From Capsulimonadales bacterium (lineage in GTDB: Bacteria > Armatimonadota > Armatimonadia > Armatimonadales > Armatimonadaceae): a stretch of 64,000 bases of DNA. Shown here piece after piece: positions 9,535-19,014 of the stretch. The stretch's first letter is position 1, and every line of letters starts with the position of its first letter. The translations under genes and the position numbers were made by a program. The DNA lies in assembly GCA_033762295.1 (NCBI GenBank), contig JANRLW010000075.1, positions 1 to 64,000 of the forward strand. Direction: 5' to 3'. The notes beneath the pieces were generated by a model that saw only the letters and a list, made by a program, of their open reading frames with translations, was not told where the DNA came from and did not search any database.

Positions 9535-10662
9535 TCAAAACCGATAGACCGCGCCGTAGGTCAGGGTCGATCGACTTTTCCTCGGGCCGTCGTCCCCGCC
9601 GAAATAGACGTCACTGGAGAAATCCTGTCGAAATTCCACCCGGTTGGTCAAACTTTGCCCGAGCCGGTATTCGTAAGTGGCAGTGACGGAATGAAGCTGT
9701 CGGGAATCGCCCGTCCGCAATCCGTCCGCATCCTCAAACCGCTCAACCCGCAGGGCCGCGGCGGTAGTGGGCGAGAGCGTCCGACGGGCGTAGACGGCCT
9801 GCCCGTTCCACTTCCCGCCTTCCCGTCGATCGTCCGCGGCGTCCGTATAGTAGCCGTCGAAGGCGAACCGGGTACGGCTGTCCGGCGAGTAGGTGGCGAT
9901 AAGGTTGCCCGTATTGACGTTCAATGTGCCGGGCGCGGCGAAACTGACGCCGCCGTAACCGCCGACCGAGTTTTTCGTCTCGCCTCCTTCCGGCCCGCCC
10001 CACCAGCTCAGGGTCAGTCCGAGCCGCGAACCGGGCGCGAACGCCGCGCTCGCGCCGAGGGTCTTTCGTCCGTTCCCGTCCTCCGTCTCATTGTATCCGT
10101 TCGCCACATACACGGTGCCGGTGAGTTGGGGCGAGAAGGGATGACTCACCCGCAACCCCGCCGTATAGTTCGGCTGGCCGAGATTGAAGTTGAACGCCCG
10201 GCTGTAGTTCTCGTTCGCGATACTGTCCAGAGCCTCGTAGCCGATCCAGGCGGCGAACTTTCCGACGTCGGCGGTGAAGTTTCTGCCGGCGTACGTCCCA
10301 TAGACCTGCTGGAGATTCTTATAACGCTCGACCCCGCCCGTATCATAAGTGTGAAGCAGGTCGGCGTTCGCCCCCCAGAGCCATTGGACGGTCAATCCGA
10401 CCGGGTCCCGCTCGGTCGGGGCTTTCCGGAGGTTCAGTCGGGCGGCAGCCAGGGTGAAGCTGTTATGCTGTGTGTCGAACAGACGACCGGAATTTCCCAG
10501 GTCGTTGTCCTGGCGCGGCTGGTTGGCGTCGAACTGGTAGTAGCCGTCCAGGAACCCGTCGATGGTAAAAGCCCCTACCCGGGTCGGTTCCTGCGCCACC
10601 GCCGCGACGGGCAGGGCGAAGCAGAAAAGCGCAAACAGCGCGCGGTGACGAAAAGTGTACAT
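9535..10662 (-). CDS. Putative outer-membrane beta-barrel porin (DUF1597/BBP2-like)
   Basis: Signal peptide ending AVA-Q, alternating aromatic beta-strand pattern, DVGKFAAWIGYE, C-terminal AVYRF. Confidence 0.75.
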   Translation of the reverse strand: MYTFRHRALFALFCFALPVAAVAQEPTRVGAFTIDGFLDGYYQFDANQPRQDNDLGNSGRLFDTQHNSFTLAAARLNLRKAPTERDPVGLTVQWLWGANADLLHTYDTGGVERYKNLQQVYGTYAGRNFTADVGKFAAWIGYEALDSIANENYSRAFNFNLGQPNYTAGLRVSHPFSPQLTGTVYVANGYNETEDGNGRKTLGASAAFAPGSRLGLTLSWWGGPEGGETKNSVGGYGGVSFAAPGTLNVNTGNLIATYSPDSRTRFAFDGYYTDAADDRREGGKWNGQAVYARRTLSPTTAAALRVERFEDADGLRTGDSRQLHSVTATYEYRLGQSLTNRVEFRQDFSSDVYFGGDDGPRKSRSTLTYGAVYRF

Positions 10663-10708
10663 ATCTTAATCCGTTTACTCGGTCCGGGGGCGTCCGCCCC
10701 CGGCCGGA

Positions 10709-11338
10709 TCATCTGATCGGGCGACTCTGATCCAGAGCGTGGTTCAGGCGGACGACGTTGACGCGCGGTTCTCCGAGCACGCCCAGCGTACGCCCCTCGG
10801 TATGCTGCGCGATCAGGGCGCGGACCTGCTCCTCGGAGAGCCCCCGTGTCCGGGCGACGCGTCCCGCCTGCAGGAGGGCATTCTCCGGACCGATATGCGG
10901 GTCGAGACCGGAACCGGAGCGGGTGACCGCATCGGCCGGAACCGGCGCGCCCGCCGACAGACCGTTCTCCTGACGGTACGCCTCCGCCAGTTGCCGCACT
11001 CCGGCATAGGATTCGTCGGCGTCCTTCGTCGCCGGATCGTCCGGCAGACCCTCGATCAGCTTTTTACTCGTCGGTCCCAGGTTCGTGCCGCTCGAGTTGG
11101 CGGCGTCGTATCCGCTCCCCGCCGCCGACGGGCGGGGATGGAAGTATTCCGGACGGGTGAACGGCTGGCCGATCAACTCCGAGCCGATCACCGTGCCGTT
11201 TTGCTCGATCAGACTGCCCCGGGCCTGTTTCGGAAAGGCGACCCGGGCGATACCGGTGACGACCAGCGGGAAAAGGAACCCGGTCAGGATCGTGAAGGCC
11301 AGGACGCTCACCAGCGCCGGCCGCAGTTGCTGCAACAT
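10709..11338 (-). CDS. kdpC: K+-transporting ATPase subunit C
   Basis: [50 protein letters not shown]. Confidence 0.96.
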   Translation of the reverse strand: MLQQLRPALVSVLAFTILTGFLFPLVVTGIARVAFPKQARGSLIEQNGTVIGSELIGQPFTRPEYFHPRPSAAGSGYDAANSSGTNLGPTSKKLIEGLPDDPATKDADESYAGVRQLAEAYRQENGLSAGAPVPADAVTRSGSGLDPHIGPENALLQAGRVARTRGLSEEQVRALIAQHTEGRTLGVLGEPRVNVVRLNHALDQSRPIR

Positions 11339-11357
11339 CGTTTACCTCGTTTTTCTC

Positions 11358-13568
11358 TCAGGCCAGGCGAAGCAGGACCACCAGGCGGTCGATCAGCCAG
11401 ATCACCGGGAACGGAGCCAGCAGGCCGCCGACACCGTAGATCCAGAGGTTGCGCCGAAGCACCTGCGCCGCGCTCATCGGTCGGTAAGGCACTCCGCGCA
11501 GGGCGAGCGGGATCAGGGCGATGATAATCAACGCGTTGAAGATGACGCTTGCCAGAATCGCCGACTCCGGGTTGGTCAGGCGCAAAATATTGAGCGCGGC
11601 CAGCGAGGGATAGGTGGAAGCGAACATCGCCGGAATGATCGCGAAATACTTCGCCACATCGTTGGCGATCGAGAAGGTCGTCAACGCGCCGCGTGTCATC
11701 AGGAGTTGTTTCCCGATCTCCACCACTTCGATCAGCTTGGTCGGATTCGAGTCGAGGTCGACCATATTCCCCGCCTCCTTGGCCGCCTGCGTCCCGGAGT
11801 TCATGGCGACGCCGACATCCGCCTGCGCCAGCGCCGGAGCGTCGTTGGTTCCGTCGCCGGTCATCGCCACCAGTTTGCCGCCCTCCTGCTCGCGACGGAT
11901 CAGCGCCAGTTTGTCCTCGGGGGTGGCCTGCGCCAGAAAATCATCGACTCCCGCCTCGTCCGCGATCGCCCGGGCCGTCAGCGGGTTGTCGCCGGTGATC
12001 ATGACCGTTCGAATACCCATCGTCCGCAGGGCGTCGAACCGCTCCCGCATGCCGCCCTTGACGACGTCCTTCAGGTAGATGATGCCGAGGGCTTTGTCGT
12101 TGAGCGAGACGGCGAGCGGAGTGCCGCCCTTTCGGGCGATCTCGTCGGCCATCTCCTGCAGTTCGGTCGGCACCCGACCGCCGAGTTCGACGATCCGGTC
12201 CGCGATCGACTTGACCGCGCCCTTGCGAACTTCCAGACCGTCGATATCGACGCCGCTCATCCGGGTCTGCGCCGAGAAGGGAAGGAAGACGGGTTCGCCG
12301 CCATTGGCGGTGAACTCCCGGTGCCGACGACGGATCTCGCCGGTCGCCGTTTCGAAGGTTTTGGCCAGGACGACGATGGAACGGCCTTCCGGCGTCTCGT
12401 CCGCGAGCGACGACAGCCAGGCGGCATCCGCCATCTCCTCGCGTGTGACACCCGGAAGCGGCAGGAACTCCGCCGCCTGCCGGTTGCCCAGCGTGATCGT
12501 CCCGGTCTTATCGAGAAGGAGGACATTGACATCGCCCGCCGCCTCGACCGCTTTGCCCGACATCGCCAGGACATTGTGCTGCATCACCCGGTCCATACCC
12601 GCGATACCGATCGCCGACAGCAGGCCGCCGATCGTCGTCGGGATCAGACAGACCAGCAGGGCGATCAGCACCGGGACCGTGGGAACGTCGCCCGCGCCGA
12701 CCGATCGTACGGAATAGACGGCATAGGGCAACAGGGTCACGACCGCCAGCAGAAAGACGATCGTCAGACCCGACAGCAGGATCGACAGAGCGATTTCGTT
12801 CGGTGTCTTCTGCCGTTGAGCGCCCTCCACCAGAGCGATCATCCGGTCGAGGAACGATTCCCCGGGATTGACCGTGATGCGGATCACGATTCGGTCGGAC
12901 AGCACCCGGGTGCCGCCGGTCACGGCATCCCGGTCACCGCCGGATTCGCGGATCACCGGCGCGCTTTCCCCCGTGATGGCGGATTCGTCGACCGAGGCAA
13001 TTCCCTCGATGACGATACCGTCGCCCGGAACGACATCCCCGGCCTCGCAGACGACCAGATCGTCCTTGCGGAGGGCGGTTGCCGGAACCGTCTCCTCGCG
13101 TCCGTCGCTTCCGTTGCTGCCGTTGCGTCCGTTCGCGCCGCCGGTCAGTCGCCGGGCGGTGGTTTGTGATTTCGTTCGTCGCAGCGATTCCGCCTGGGCC
13201 TTGCCCCGACCCTCGGCCATCGCCTCCGCGAAGTTGGCGAACAGGACCGTGAACCAGAGCCAGACGGCGACCTGCCCGGTAAAGAGCGGGTTGCCGGTCC
13301 CGGTGACCAGCTCACGGACCCCGTAGAAGGTGGTCAGAACCGAACCGACCTCGACGACGAACATGACCGGGTTCCTTGCCACGGTGCGCGGGTCCAGTTT
13401 CAGAAAGGAATCGACCAGCGCGCGCCGCAGGATCGTCGGGTCAAACAGGGATTTCGGCGCGTTCTTCGGGCGCAACGGTGTGCCGCCGACCGGCCCGTGG
13501 ATCGGCGGGAGCGATCCGGACGTCCGTGCCGTCGACACGGACTCGCTCTTTTCAAGATGCAGTGACAT
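11358..13568 (-). CDS. kdpB: K+-transporting P-type ATPase subunit B
   Basis: [32 protein letters not shown] phosphorylation site, [11 protein letters not shown]. Confidence 0.97.
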   Translation of the reverse strand: MSLHLEKSESVSTARTSGSLPPIHGPVGGTPLRPKNAPKSLFDPTILRRALVDSFLKLDPRTVARNPVMFVVEVGSVLTTFYGVRELVTGTGNPLFTGQVAVWLWFTVLFANFAEAMAEGRGKAQAESLRRTKSQTTARRLTGGANGRNGSNGSDGREETVPATALRKDDLVVCEAGDVVPGDGIVIEGIASVDESAITGESAPVIRESGGDRDAVTGGTRVLSDRIVIRITVNPGESFLDRMIALVEGAQRQKTPNEIALSILLSGLTIVFLLAVVTLLPYAVYSVRSVGAGDVPTVPVLIALLVCLIPTTIGGLLSAIGIAGMDRVMQHNVLAMSGKAVEAAGDVNVLLLDKTGTITLGNRQAAEFLPLPGVTREEMADAAWLSSLADETPEGRSIVVLAKTFETATGEIRRRHREFTANGGEPVFLPFSAQTRMSGVDIDGLEVRKGAVKSIADRIVELGGRVPTELQEMADEIARKGGTPLAVSLNDKALGIIYLKDVVKGGMRERFDALRTMGIRTVMITGDNPLTARAIADEAGVDDFLAQATPEDKLALIRREQEGGKLVAMTGDGTNDAPALAQADVGVAMNSGTQAAKEAGNMVDLDSNPTKLIEVVEIGKQLLMTRGALTTFSIANDVAKYFAIIPAMFASTYPSLAALNILRLTNPESAILASVIFNALIIIALIPLALRGVPYRPMSAAQVLRRNLWIYGVGGLLAPFPVIWLIDRLVVLLRLA

Positions 13569-13580
13569 GTTCTCTCTCCG

Positions 13581-15380
13581 TTACAGCGAAAGGCCCTGAG
13601 ACATTCGGAAGTGTTCGACGATCGGTCCCAGCGCCAGCGCGGGGAGATAGGTGAGCGCCCCGATGATCAGAACGACGCCGATCAGGAGGCCGACGAAGGT
13701 CGCTCCGTCCGTCGGGAAGGTTCCTGCCGACGGCGGGACGAACTTTTTTCGCGCCAGACTGCCGGCGATCGCCAGCAGCGGAATGATCATCAGGAATCGA
13801 CCGATCAGCATCGCCAGCCCGAGCGTCAGGTTGTAAAACGGCGTATTGCCGGTCAGTCCGGCGAACGCCGACCCGTTATTGCCCGTCGCCGAGGAATAGG
13901 CGTAGAGGATCTCGGTGAAACCGTGCGGACCACCGTTGTTGACATTGTTATAGGTCGCGCCGTAAAGCGTATCGCTGCCGCCGTACGCGCCGCCCGGCCA
14001 CCGGTTGAACCGCGCCCAGGCGCTCGTCTCCGGCTCCTTCGGCAGTTCCAGATTCGCGCCGACCGCCGTAAACCCGAGGATGGACGCCGCCAGGACCAGA
14101 GTCGCCAGCATCGCCATCTTCACCTCGTACCCCTCGATCTTCTTGCCGATATACTCCGGGGTGCGACCGACCATCAGGCCGGCGATGAAGACGGCCAGAA
14201 AGGCGAACATGAGCATGCCGTAGAGGCCCGCGCCGACCCCGCCGAAAATGACCTCGCCGGTCATCATGTTGAACAGCGGCACCAGTCCGCCGATCGGGGT
14301 GAACGAGTCGTGCATGGCGTTCACCGCGCCGCAGGATGCCGCCGTCGTCACCGTGGCGAACAGGGCGGACGCGGCGGTTCCGAACCGGACTTCCTTGCCC
14401 TCCATATTGCCGCCCGGAACGCCGAGGGCTTGCATCAGCGGATTTCCCGCCGCCTCCGCGCCGTAGCAGACGAAGACGCCGACCAGGAACAACCCTCCCA
14501 TGGCCGCGAAGATCGCCCATCCCTGCCGGACATTGCCGACCATTCGTCCGAAGGTGTAGCAGAGCGCGGTCGGGATCAGAAAGATCAGCAGCATCTCGAT
14601 CAGGTTCGTCAGCGGCGTCGGGTTCTCGTAGGGGTGGGCCGAGTTGGTGTTGAAGAACCCGCCGCCGTTGGTCCCGAGCATCTTGATCACTTCCTGCGAG
14701 GCGACCGGTCCCTGCGCGATGCTCTGAACGCCACCCTCCGAAGTCACGGCCCGGACGTACGGTTCGAAGTTCTGAGGGACGCCCTGCCAGACCAGAACCA
14801 TCGCAAAGACCAGGGAGATCGGCAGCAGGACATACAGGGTCGCCCGGGTTACGTCGACCCAGAAGTTGCCGATGCCGGCCGCCGACCGTCGGGCGATACC
14901 CCGGGTCAGCGCGAGGGCGACCGCGATCCCCGTCGCCGCGCTCATCCAGTTATGGATGGCCAGCGCCACCATATTGGAGAAGTAGGAGAGGGTCGTTTCC
15001 GGCACATAGTTCTGCCAGTTCGTATTGGTCGTAAAGGAAATCGCCGTATTCAACGCCAGATCGGGTGTCATCTGCGCCGTTCCGAATCCCTGGGGATTCA
15101 AGGGCAGAACACCCTGGAACCGTAGCAGAGCGTAGGTCAGCAGCAGGCCGACGAGACTGAAGGCGAGCAGGGCGTACGCATAGGTCGTCCAGCGCATGTC
15201 CTCCTCTTCCCGTACTCCGAAAAGGCGATACAGCCACCGCTCGACCGGCCCGAAAACCGGCTGGAAAATCGTCCGTTCTCCGGCGAAGACCTTCGCCATG
15301 TACGCTCCGAGCGGAACCGTCGTCGCCAGCAGGATCGTCACGAAAAGAGCGATTTGCAGGATTCCGTTAATTGTCATCAT
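13581..15380 (-). CDS. kdpA: K+-transporting ATPase subunit A
   Basis: [46 protein letters not shown]. Confidence 0.97.
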   Translation of the reverse strand: MMTINGILQIALFVTILLATTVPLGAYMAKVFAGERTIFQPVFGPVERWLYRLFGVREEEDMRWTTYAYALLAFSLVGLLLTYALLRFQGVLPLNPQGFGTAQMTPDLALNTAISFTTNTNWQNYVPETTLSYFSNMVALAIHNWMSAATGIAVALALTRGIARRSAAGIGNFWVDVTRATLYVLLPISLVFAMVLVWQGVPQNFEPYVRAVTSEGGVQSIAQGPVASQEVIKMLGTNGGGFFNTNSAHPYENPTPLTNLIEMLLIFLIPTALCYTFGRMVGNVRQGWAIFAAMGGLFLVGVFVCYGAEAAGNPLMQALGVPGGNMEGKEVRFGTAASALFATVTTAASCGAVNAMHDSFTPIGGLVPLFNMMTGEVIFGGVGAGLYGMLMFAFLAVFIAGLMVGRTPEYIGKKIEGYEVKMAMLATLVLAASILGFTAVGANLELPKEPETSAWARFNRWPGGAYGGSDTLYGATYNNVNNGGPHGFTEILYAYSSATGNNGSAFAGLTGNTPFYNLTLGLAMLIGRFLMIIPLLAIAGSLARKKFVPPSAGTFPTDGATFVGLLIGVVLIIGALTYLPALALGPIVEHFRMSQGLSL

Positions 15381-15389
15381 ATTCGCGCC

Positions 15390-15473
15390 TTAAAACCTCT
15401 CCGGGCGCAACAGTGCGTAAAGAAGATAGACCAGCAAAAGAACCGCGATGCCGCCGATGATCGAATATTCCAT
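15390..15473 (-). CDS. kdpF: K+-transporting ATPase subunit F (27 aa)
   Basis: Hand-translated MEYSIIGGIAVLLLVYLLYALLRPERF; the YLxYALLRPExF ending is typical of KdpF; lies directly upstream of kdpA. Confidence 0.9.
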   Translation of the reverse strand: MEYSIIGGIAVLLLVYLLYALLRPERF

Positions 15474-15483
15474 TTCTCAAGCC

Positions 15484-15567
15484 TCACGAGGCATCGCAGG
15501 CGCGCACATAGCCCGCCGCGATACCGAAAAACAGAAGCGCCGTCAAAATCTGGATCAGGTCGCCCAT
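15484..15567 (-). CDS. Small hydrophobic kdp-associated peptide (27 aa)
   Basis: MGDLIQILTALLFFGIAAGYVRACDAS; SD AAAGGA; resembles the small peptides often found upstream of kdpF. Confidence 0.7.
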   Translation of the reverse strand: MGDLIQILTALLFFGIAAGYVRACDAS

Positions 15568-15599
15568 GGGTCGTTCCTTTCTTCCGTGGCGTTTCCGGC

Positions 15600-15740
15600 T
15601 CAGGACCGGCCCCGCCCGACGATTTTTGCCCGGTAGGTCCGCCGACGCAGGTGTTCCCGGGGCGAGCGGCATCCGCACAGCCCTTCGAAGAGCAGCCAGA
15701 GGACCACGCCGATTCCCACCGACACGAAAAACAGAGACAT
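15600..15740 (-). CDS. Small membrane peptide (46 aa)
   Basis: Hand-translated MSLFFVSVGIGVVLWLLFEGLCGCRSPREHLRRRTYRAKIVGRGRS; SD GAGGAGG overlaps the previous stop. Confidence 0.5.
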   Translation of the reverse strand: MSLFFVSVGIGVVLWLLFEGLCGCRSPREHLRRRTYRAKIVGRGRS

Positions 15741-15747
15741 TGCCTCC

Positions 15748-15843
15748 TCACTTCCTCCGCGATCCGGGTTCCTTCGACAGGAACCAGACGGAACCGGTCA
15801 ATCCCGCGCACAGCGGCAGCCACACGACCAGCACTTCCCACAT
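15748..15843 (-). CDS. Small membrane peptide (31 aa)
   Basis: MWEVLVVWLPLCAGLTGSVWFLSKEPGSRRK; SD AGGAGG 8 nt upstream. Confidence 0.55.
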   Translation of the reverse strand: MWEVLVVWLPLCAGLTGSVWFLSKEPGSRRK

Positions 15844-15881
15844 TCGTTTTTCCTCCTGATGACGGCGATCGCCGGGCAAAC

Positions 15882-15953
15882 AAAAAAGGCCGAAGAGGTA
15901 TCCGAGCGGCGCGACGACATGGCGTCGTTTCCGTTCGGACAACCCCTTCGGCC
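15882..15953 (-). terminator. Terminator/attenuator hairpin in the 5' leader of the peptide-kdp operon
   Basis: Minus strand GGCCGAAGGGG...long inner stem...CCTCTTCGGCC followed by TTTTTT, ~40 nt before the first ATG. Confidence 0.65.
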
Positions 15954-16069
15954 TCCCGAAAGACCGACTGTCCGGGACAGTCCTTCTTTCCGGCAACCGT
16001 TCGGTTGCGTCGACTATGCGATTCTTTTACGCGACTCTTCGCGCTTTTCCCGAGCGATTACCGGATCGG

Positions 16070-16486
16070 TTATCCGGATCGTCGCGGGCCGTGATAGGTC
16101 AGTCTGTCGACATCCTGCCGCAGCAGCCGCTTTTCGACATCGACCTCCAGGATGTACATTTCGACCTGCTCGGCGGCCGTCACATCCAGATCGTAGTAGC
16201 TCCGCACGACCGGAGCGGCGACGATGCGGGCGACCAGCGCCTCCGCCTCATCGCGATGAATGGACCGAAGTTCCCGCCGTGCGGACTTGATCAGGCGTCG
16301 CCCCTCCTCCGAGGCGGCCAGATGCGCCTCGGTCGGAGTGAAGATCCCTCCGCTGCGGACGATCAGGAGATCGCCGACCAGGTGCGCTCGAACATCGGAA
16401 GCGCCGCGCCCGTGCTGTTCTCGTTGAAAGCGCACGATCGCATTCGCCACCTCGGCTTCGATACTGCCTTTGGTCGTCCGCTCCAT
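16070..16486 (-). CDS. DUF2294 (MpsC-like) protein
   Basis: MERTTKGSIEAEVANAIVRFQREQHGRGASDVRAHLVGDLLIVRSGGIFTPTE...EGRRLIKSARREL; SD GGAGG. Confidence 0.85.
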   Translation of the reverse strand: MERTTKGSIEAEVANAIVRFQREQHGRGASDVRAHLVGDLLIVRSGGIFTPTEAHLAASEEGRRLIKSARRELRSIHRDEAEALVARIVAAPVVRSYYDLDVTAAEQVEMYILEVDVEKRLLRQDVDRLTYHGPRRSG

Positions 16487-16528
16487 CTCCCCTCCGCGAA
16501 TCGGTCGTGCTTTCCTCGGTGTCCCCTC

Positions 16529-16587
16529 AAAAACACGAAAAGCCAGCATCTCCTCACGGAACGCCTGAAGCGTCGGGAAATGCCGGC
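16529..16587 (-). terminator. Terminator/attenuator hairpin in the 5' leader of the DUF2294 gene
   Basis: Minus strand GCCGGCATTTCC...GGAGATGCTGGC followed by TTTTCGTGTTTTT; no gene on this strand directly upstream. Confidence 0.6.
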
Positions 16588-16764
16588 CTACGGAGGGCAC
16601 CAAACCACGCCGCGAATCGGGCGAGTTCCTTGCTTCCGTCCACCAGAAACGAAAATATGTTACCTCCGCGTTTCGATCCGCGCAACCCCGATTCGCAAAT
16701 CGTTGGCGGAGAATCCGGAGCGTTTCGCAATTCGCGTGAAATGCCCATATAGTAAGTTCAGGAA

Positions 16765-17922
16765 ATGAAGCGTTTCGAACCCCCGCTGCTCTTTGCCCTC
16801 TTTCTGGACCTGGTCGGTTTCGGGATCATGTTCCCGGATATCCAGTTGCGGGCGCAGGAGTACGGCGCGCCGGGCTGGCTGATCGGTCTGACACTGGCCA
16901 GTTACTACCTGGTGCAGATGGCCGCCTCGCCCTTCTGGGGGCGACTGAGCGATCGGATCGGACGAAAGCCCGTTCTGCTCGTCTGCGGGGGGCTGTCCGC
17001 GCTGTCGATGGCGATCTACGCCTTCTCGGCGAATATCGGGTGGATCGTCGTCAGCCGTATTCTGGCCGGTCTGGGCGGGGCGAATGTCGCCGTGGCGCAG
17101 GCGTATATCGCGGACGCCGCCGATCCGGAGCAACGTGCGGGGGCGCTCGGACGGATGAGCGCGGCGATCAGCGCGGGCCTGGTGCTCGGGCCGTCCCTCG
17201 GCGGGTTCCTGGCACAGGCGGGCGGAAACTTTCTCCTGGGCATCGTCGCCGCCCTCGCCTCCGGGATCGGGGTCCTCTGGATAATGATCGCCGTGCCGTC
17301 GCTGCCCCCCCGCCGCGCCGGGGAGACGCCTTCCGGGGACAGGATACCGGCGATCGCCCTGTTCCGGGGAAACCCGCCCCTGTTCCGTCTGTTCGCCGTT
17401 GCCGTGACCGGATGGTTTGCGCTCGCCTGTCTGGAGGGGACATTCGGACGGCTGATTCAGCACAATCTCGGCTACGGTCGTTTGGAGTTCGGTATTCTGC
17501 TATCGCTGGAGGCAGGGGTGGCGGTGATTCAGGGAGCGATCTACCCGTTCCTGGCGAAGCGGTTGTGCGAGGAGACGCTTCTGCGGATCGCGTACGTTCT
17601 CCAGACGATCGGCCTTGGCCTGATGCCCTTCGCGCCCGACTTTCCTTCACTGGTCGTCCTGAGTATCGCCTTCGGGTTCGGAGTCGGCATCGCCAATCCG
17701 ACCATCAACAGTCGGGCGAGCCACCTGGTCTCCCCGGAACGGCAGGGAAGCGTCTTCGGCCTGCTGCAATCGTCGCGGGCGTTCGGTTTTCTGGTCGGCC
17801 CGATGATTGGCGGAACGCTCTTCGACTGGAACTCCGCCGCCCCGTACCTCCTGGGCGGCGCGACCATGCTCCTTGCCGCCTTCGCCGTTCGTAGCTCCTC
17901 ACCTCCCGCCAAACGGATATAA
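16765..17922 (+). CDS. MFS transporter (DHA1/TetA-like)
   Basis: Multiple TM segments; motif A WGRLSDRIGRKPVL; SRILAGLGG; AQAYIAD; GLVLGPSLGG. Confidence 0.9.
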   Translation: MKRFEPPLLFALFLDLVGFGIMFPDIQLRAQEYGAPGWLIGLTLASYYLVQMAASPFWGRLSDRIGRKPVLLVCGGLSALSMAIYAFSANIGWIVVSRILAGLGGANVAVAQAYIADAADPEQRAGALGRMSAAISAGLVLGPSLGGFLAQAGGNFLLGIVAALASGIGVLWIMIAVPSLPPRRAGETPSGDRIPAIALFRGNPPLFRLFAVAVTGWFALACLEGTFGRLIQHNLGYGRLEFGILLSLEAGVAVIQGAIYPFLAKRLCEETLLRIAYVLQTIGLGLMPFAPDFPSLVVLSIAFGFGVGIANPTINSRASHLVSPERQGSVFGLLQSSRAFGFLVGPMIGGTLFDWNSAAPYLLGGATMLLAAFAVRSSSPPAKRI

Positions 17923-17986
17923 CGACGACCGAAACGAGCAAGGTATGCGGGTTGCGACCGCTTTCCGGGGACGGCAACCGGTCCGC

Positions 17987-18988
17987 TCAAACGATACCGG
18001 CTTTAAGGACGTCCTTGAGCATCAGCATGCCGACCGGGCGACGGTCGGCGGTGACGACCGGGATTTCATGGATGTCGGCGTAGAAGTTCCGGAAACGGCG
18101 CAACCCCTCCGCCGCCAGGTCGTCCGGCGCGATCGTCAGCGGGCTCCGCGTCATGATCTCCGTGACACGCTTTGTCATGCAATCGTCGCCGAACCGCTCC
18201 ATCGCCCGGCGCAGGTCACCCGACGTAATCAGCCCGGCGAGCGTGCCGTCCGAAGCCGCGATAATCGCCGCACTCTGGTGGGCGCGCGGCAGAGCGACGA
18301 ACACATCCCGAACGACCGCCGTCTCCGGTAGCAGGGCGATATTCTCCCCCGTCCGCATCACATCCCCAACCCGCAGCAGCAGCCGACGACCGAGCGAACC
18401 GGCCGGGTGCAGCAGGGCGTAGTCCTCCTCACGGAACCCGCGCGCCTCCATCGTCGCCACCGCCAGCGCATCTCCGAGAGCGATCATCGCCGTCGTTGAG
18501 GTCGTCGGGGCCAGTTTCAGCGTGCACGCCTCGCGCGGAACCCGCACATCCAGCACGATATCGGCCGCCTGCGCCAGCGTCGAACCGGTATTCCCGGTCA
18601 TCGCGATCAGCACCGCCGCGCGTCGGCGGATCGCCGGAAGAATCGCCAGCAGTTCGTCGGTCTCGCCGGAGTAGGAGAGAGCGAGAACGACGTCCGTCTC
18701 CGTGACCATGCCCAGGTCGCCATGCAGCGCCTCGGCGGGGTGCAAAAACAGGGACGGCGTCCCCGTCGACGCCAGCGTTCCCGCGATCTTCCGACCGACA
18801 TGGCCCGACTTGCCCATGCCGGTGACCACGACCCGGCCCGGACAGTTCCGCATCCGCTCACAGGCGGCGTCGAAGGAACCGTCGAGCCGTTCGGCCAGAA
18901 GACGAAGCGCCTCGGCCTCTTCATGCAAAACGCGCTGCGCGTGCTCGCGCGGAATCGAGGAGTTTTCTGCGGACACGACTTCCAGCAT
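17987..18988 (-). CDS. kdsD: KpsF/GutQ arabinose-5-phosphate isomerase (SIS + CBS)
   Basis: VVTGMGKSGHVG, STGTP, HPAEALHGDLG, SYSGET, APTTSTT, HPAGSLG, CBS pair. The true start may be the in-frame GTG at 18976. Confidence 0.92.
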   Translation of the reverse strand: MLEVVSAENSSIPREHAQRVLHEEAEALRLLAERLDGSFDAACERMRNCPGRVVVTGMGKSGHVGRKIAGTLASTGTPSLFLHPAEALHGDLGMVTETDVVLALSYSGETDELLAILPAIRRRAAVLIAMTGNTGSTLAQAADIVLDVRVPREACTLKLAPTTSTTAMIALGDALAVATMEARGFREEDYALLHPAGSLGRRLLLRVGDVMRTGENIALLPETAVVRDVFVALPRAHQSAAIIAASDGTLAGLITSGDLRRAMERFGDDCMTKRVTEIMTRSPLTIAPDDLAAEGLRRFRNFYADIHEIPVVTADRRPVGMLMLKDVLKAGIV

Positions 18989-19014
18989 ACCACGCAGGCG
19001 ATGACCGGGATACG

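Noticed and set aside
15850..16700. c-di-AMP (ydaO/yuaA) riboswitch upstream of kdp
   Set aside because: I could not find the GCTGAA, GGGGTGAA or CCCGTCAGCTAA-type consensus elements; the hairpins are reported as an unassigned attenuator instead.
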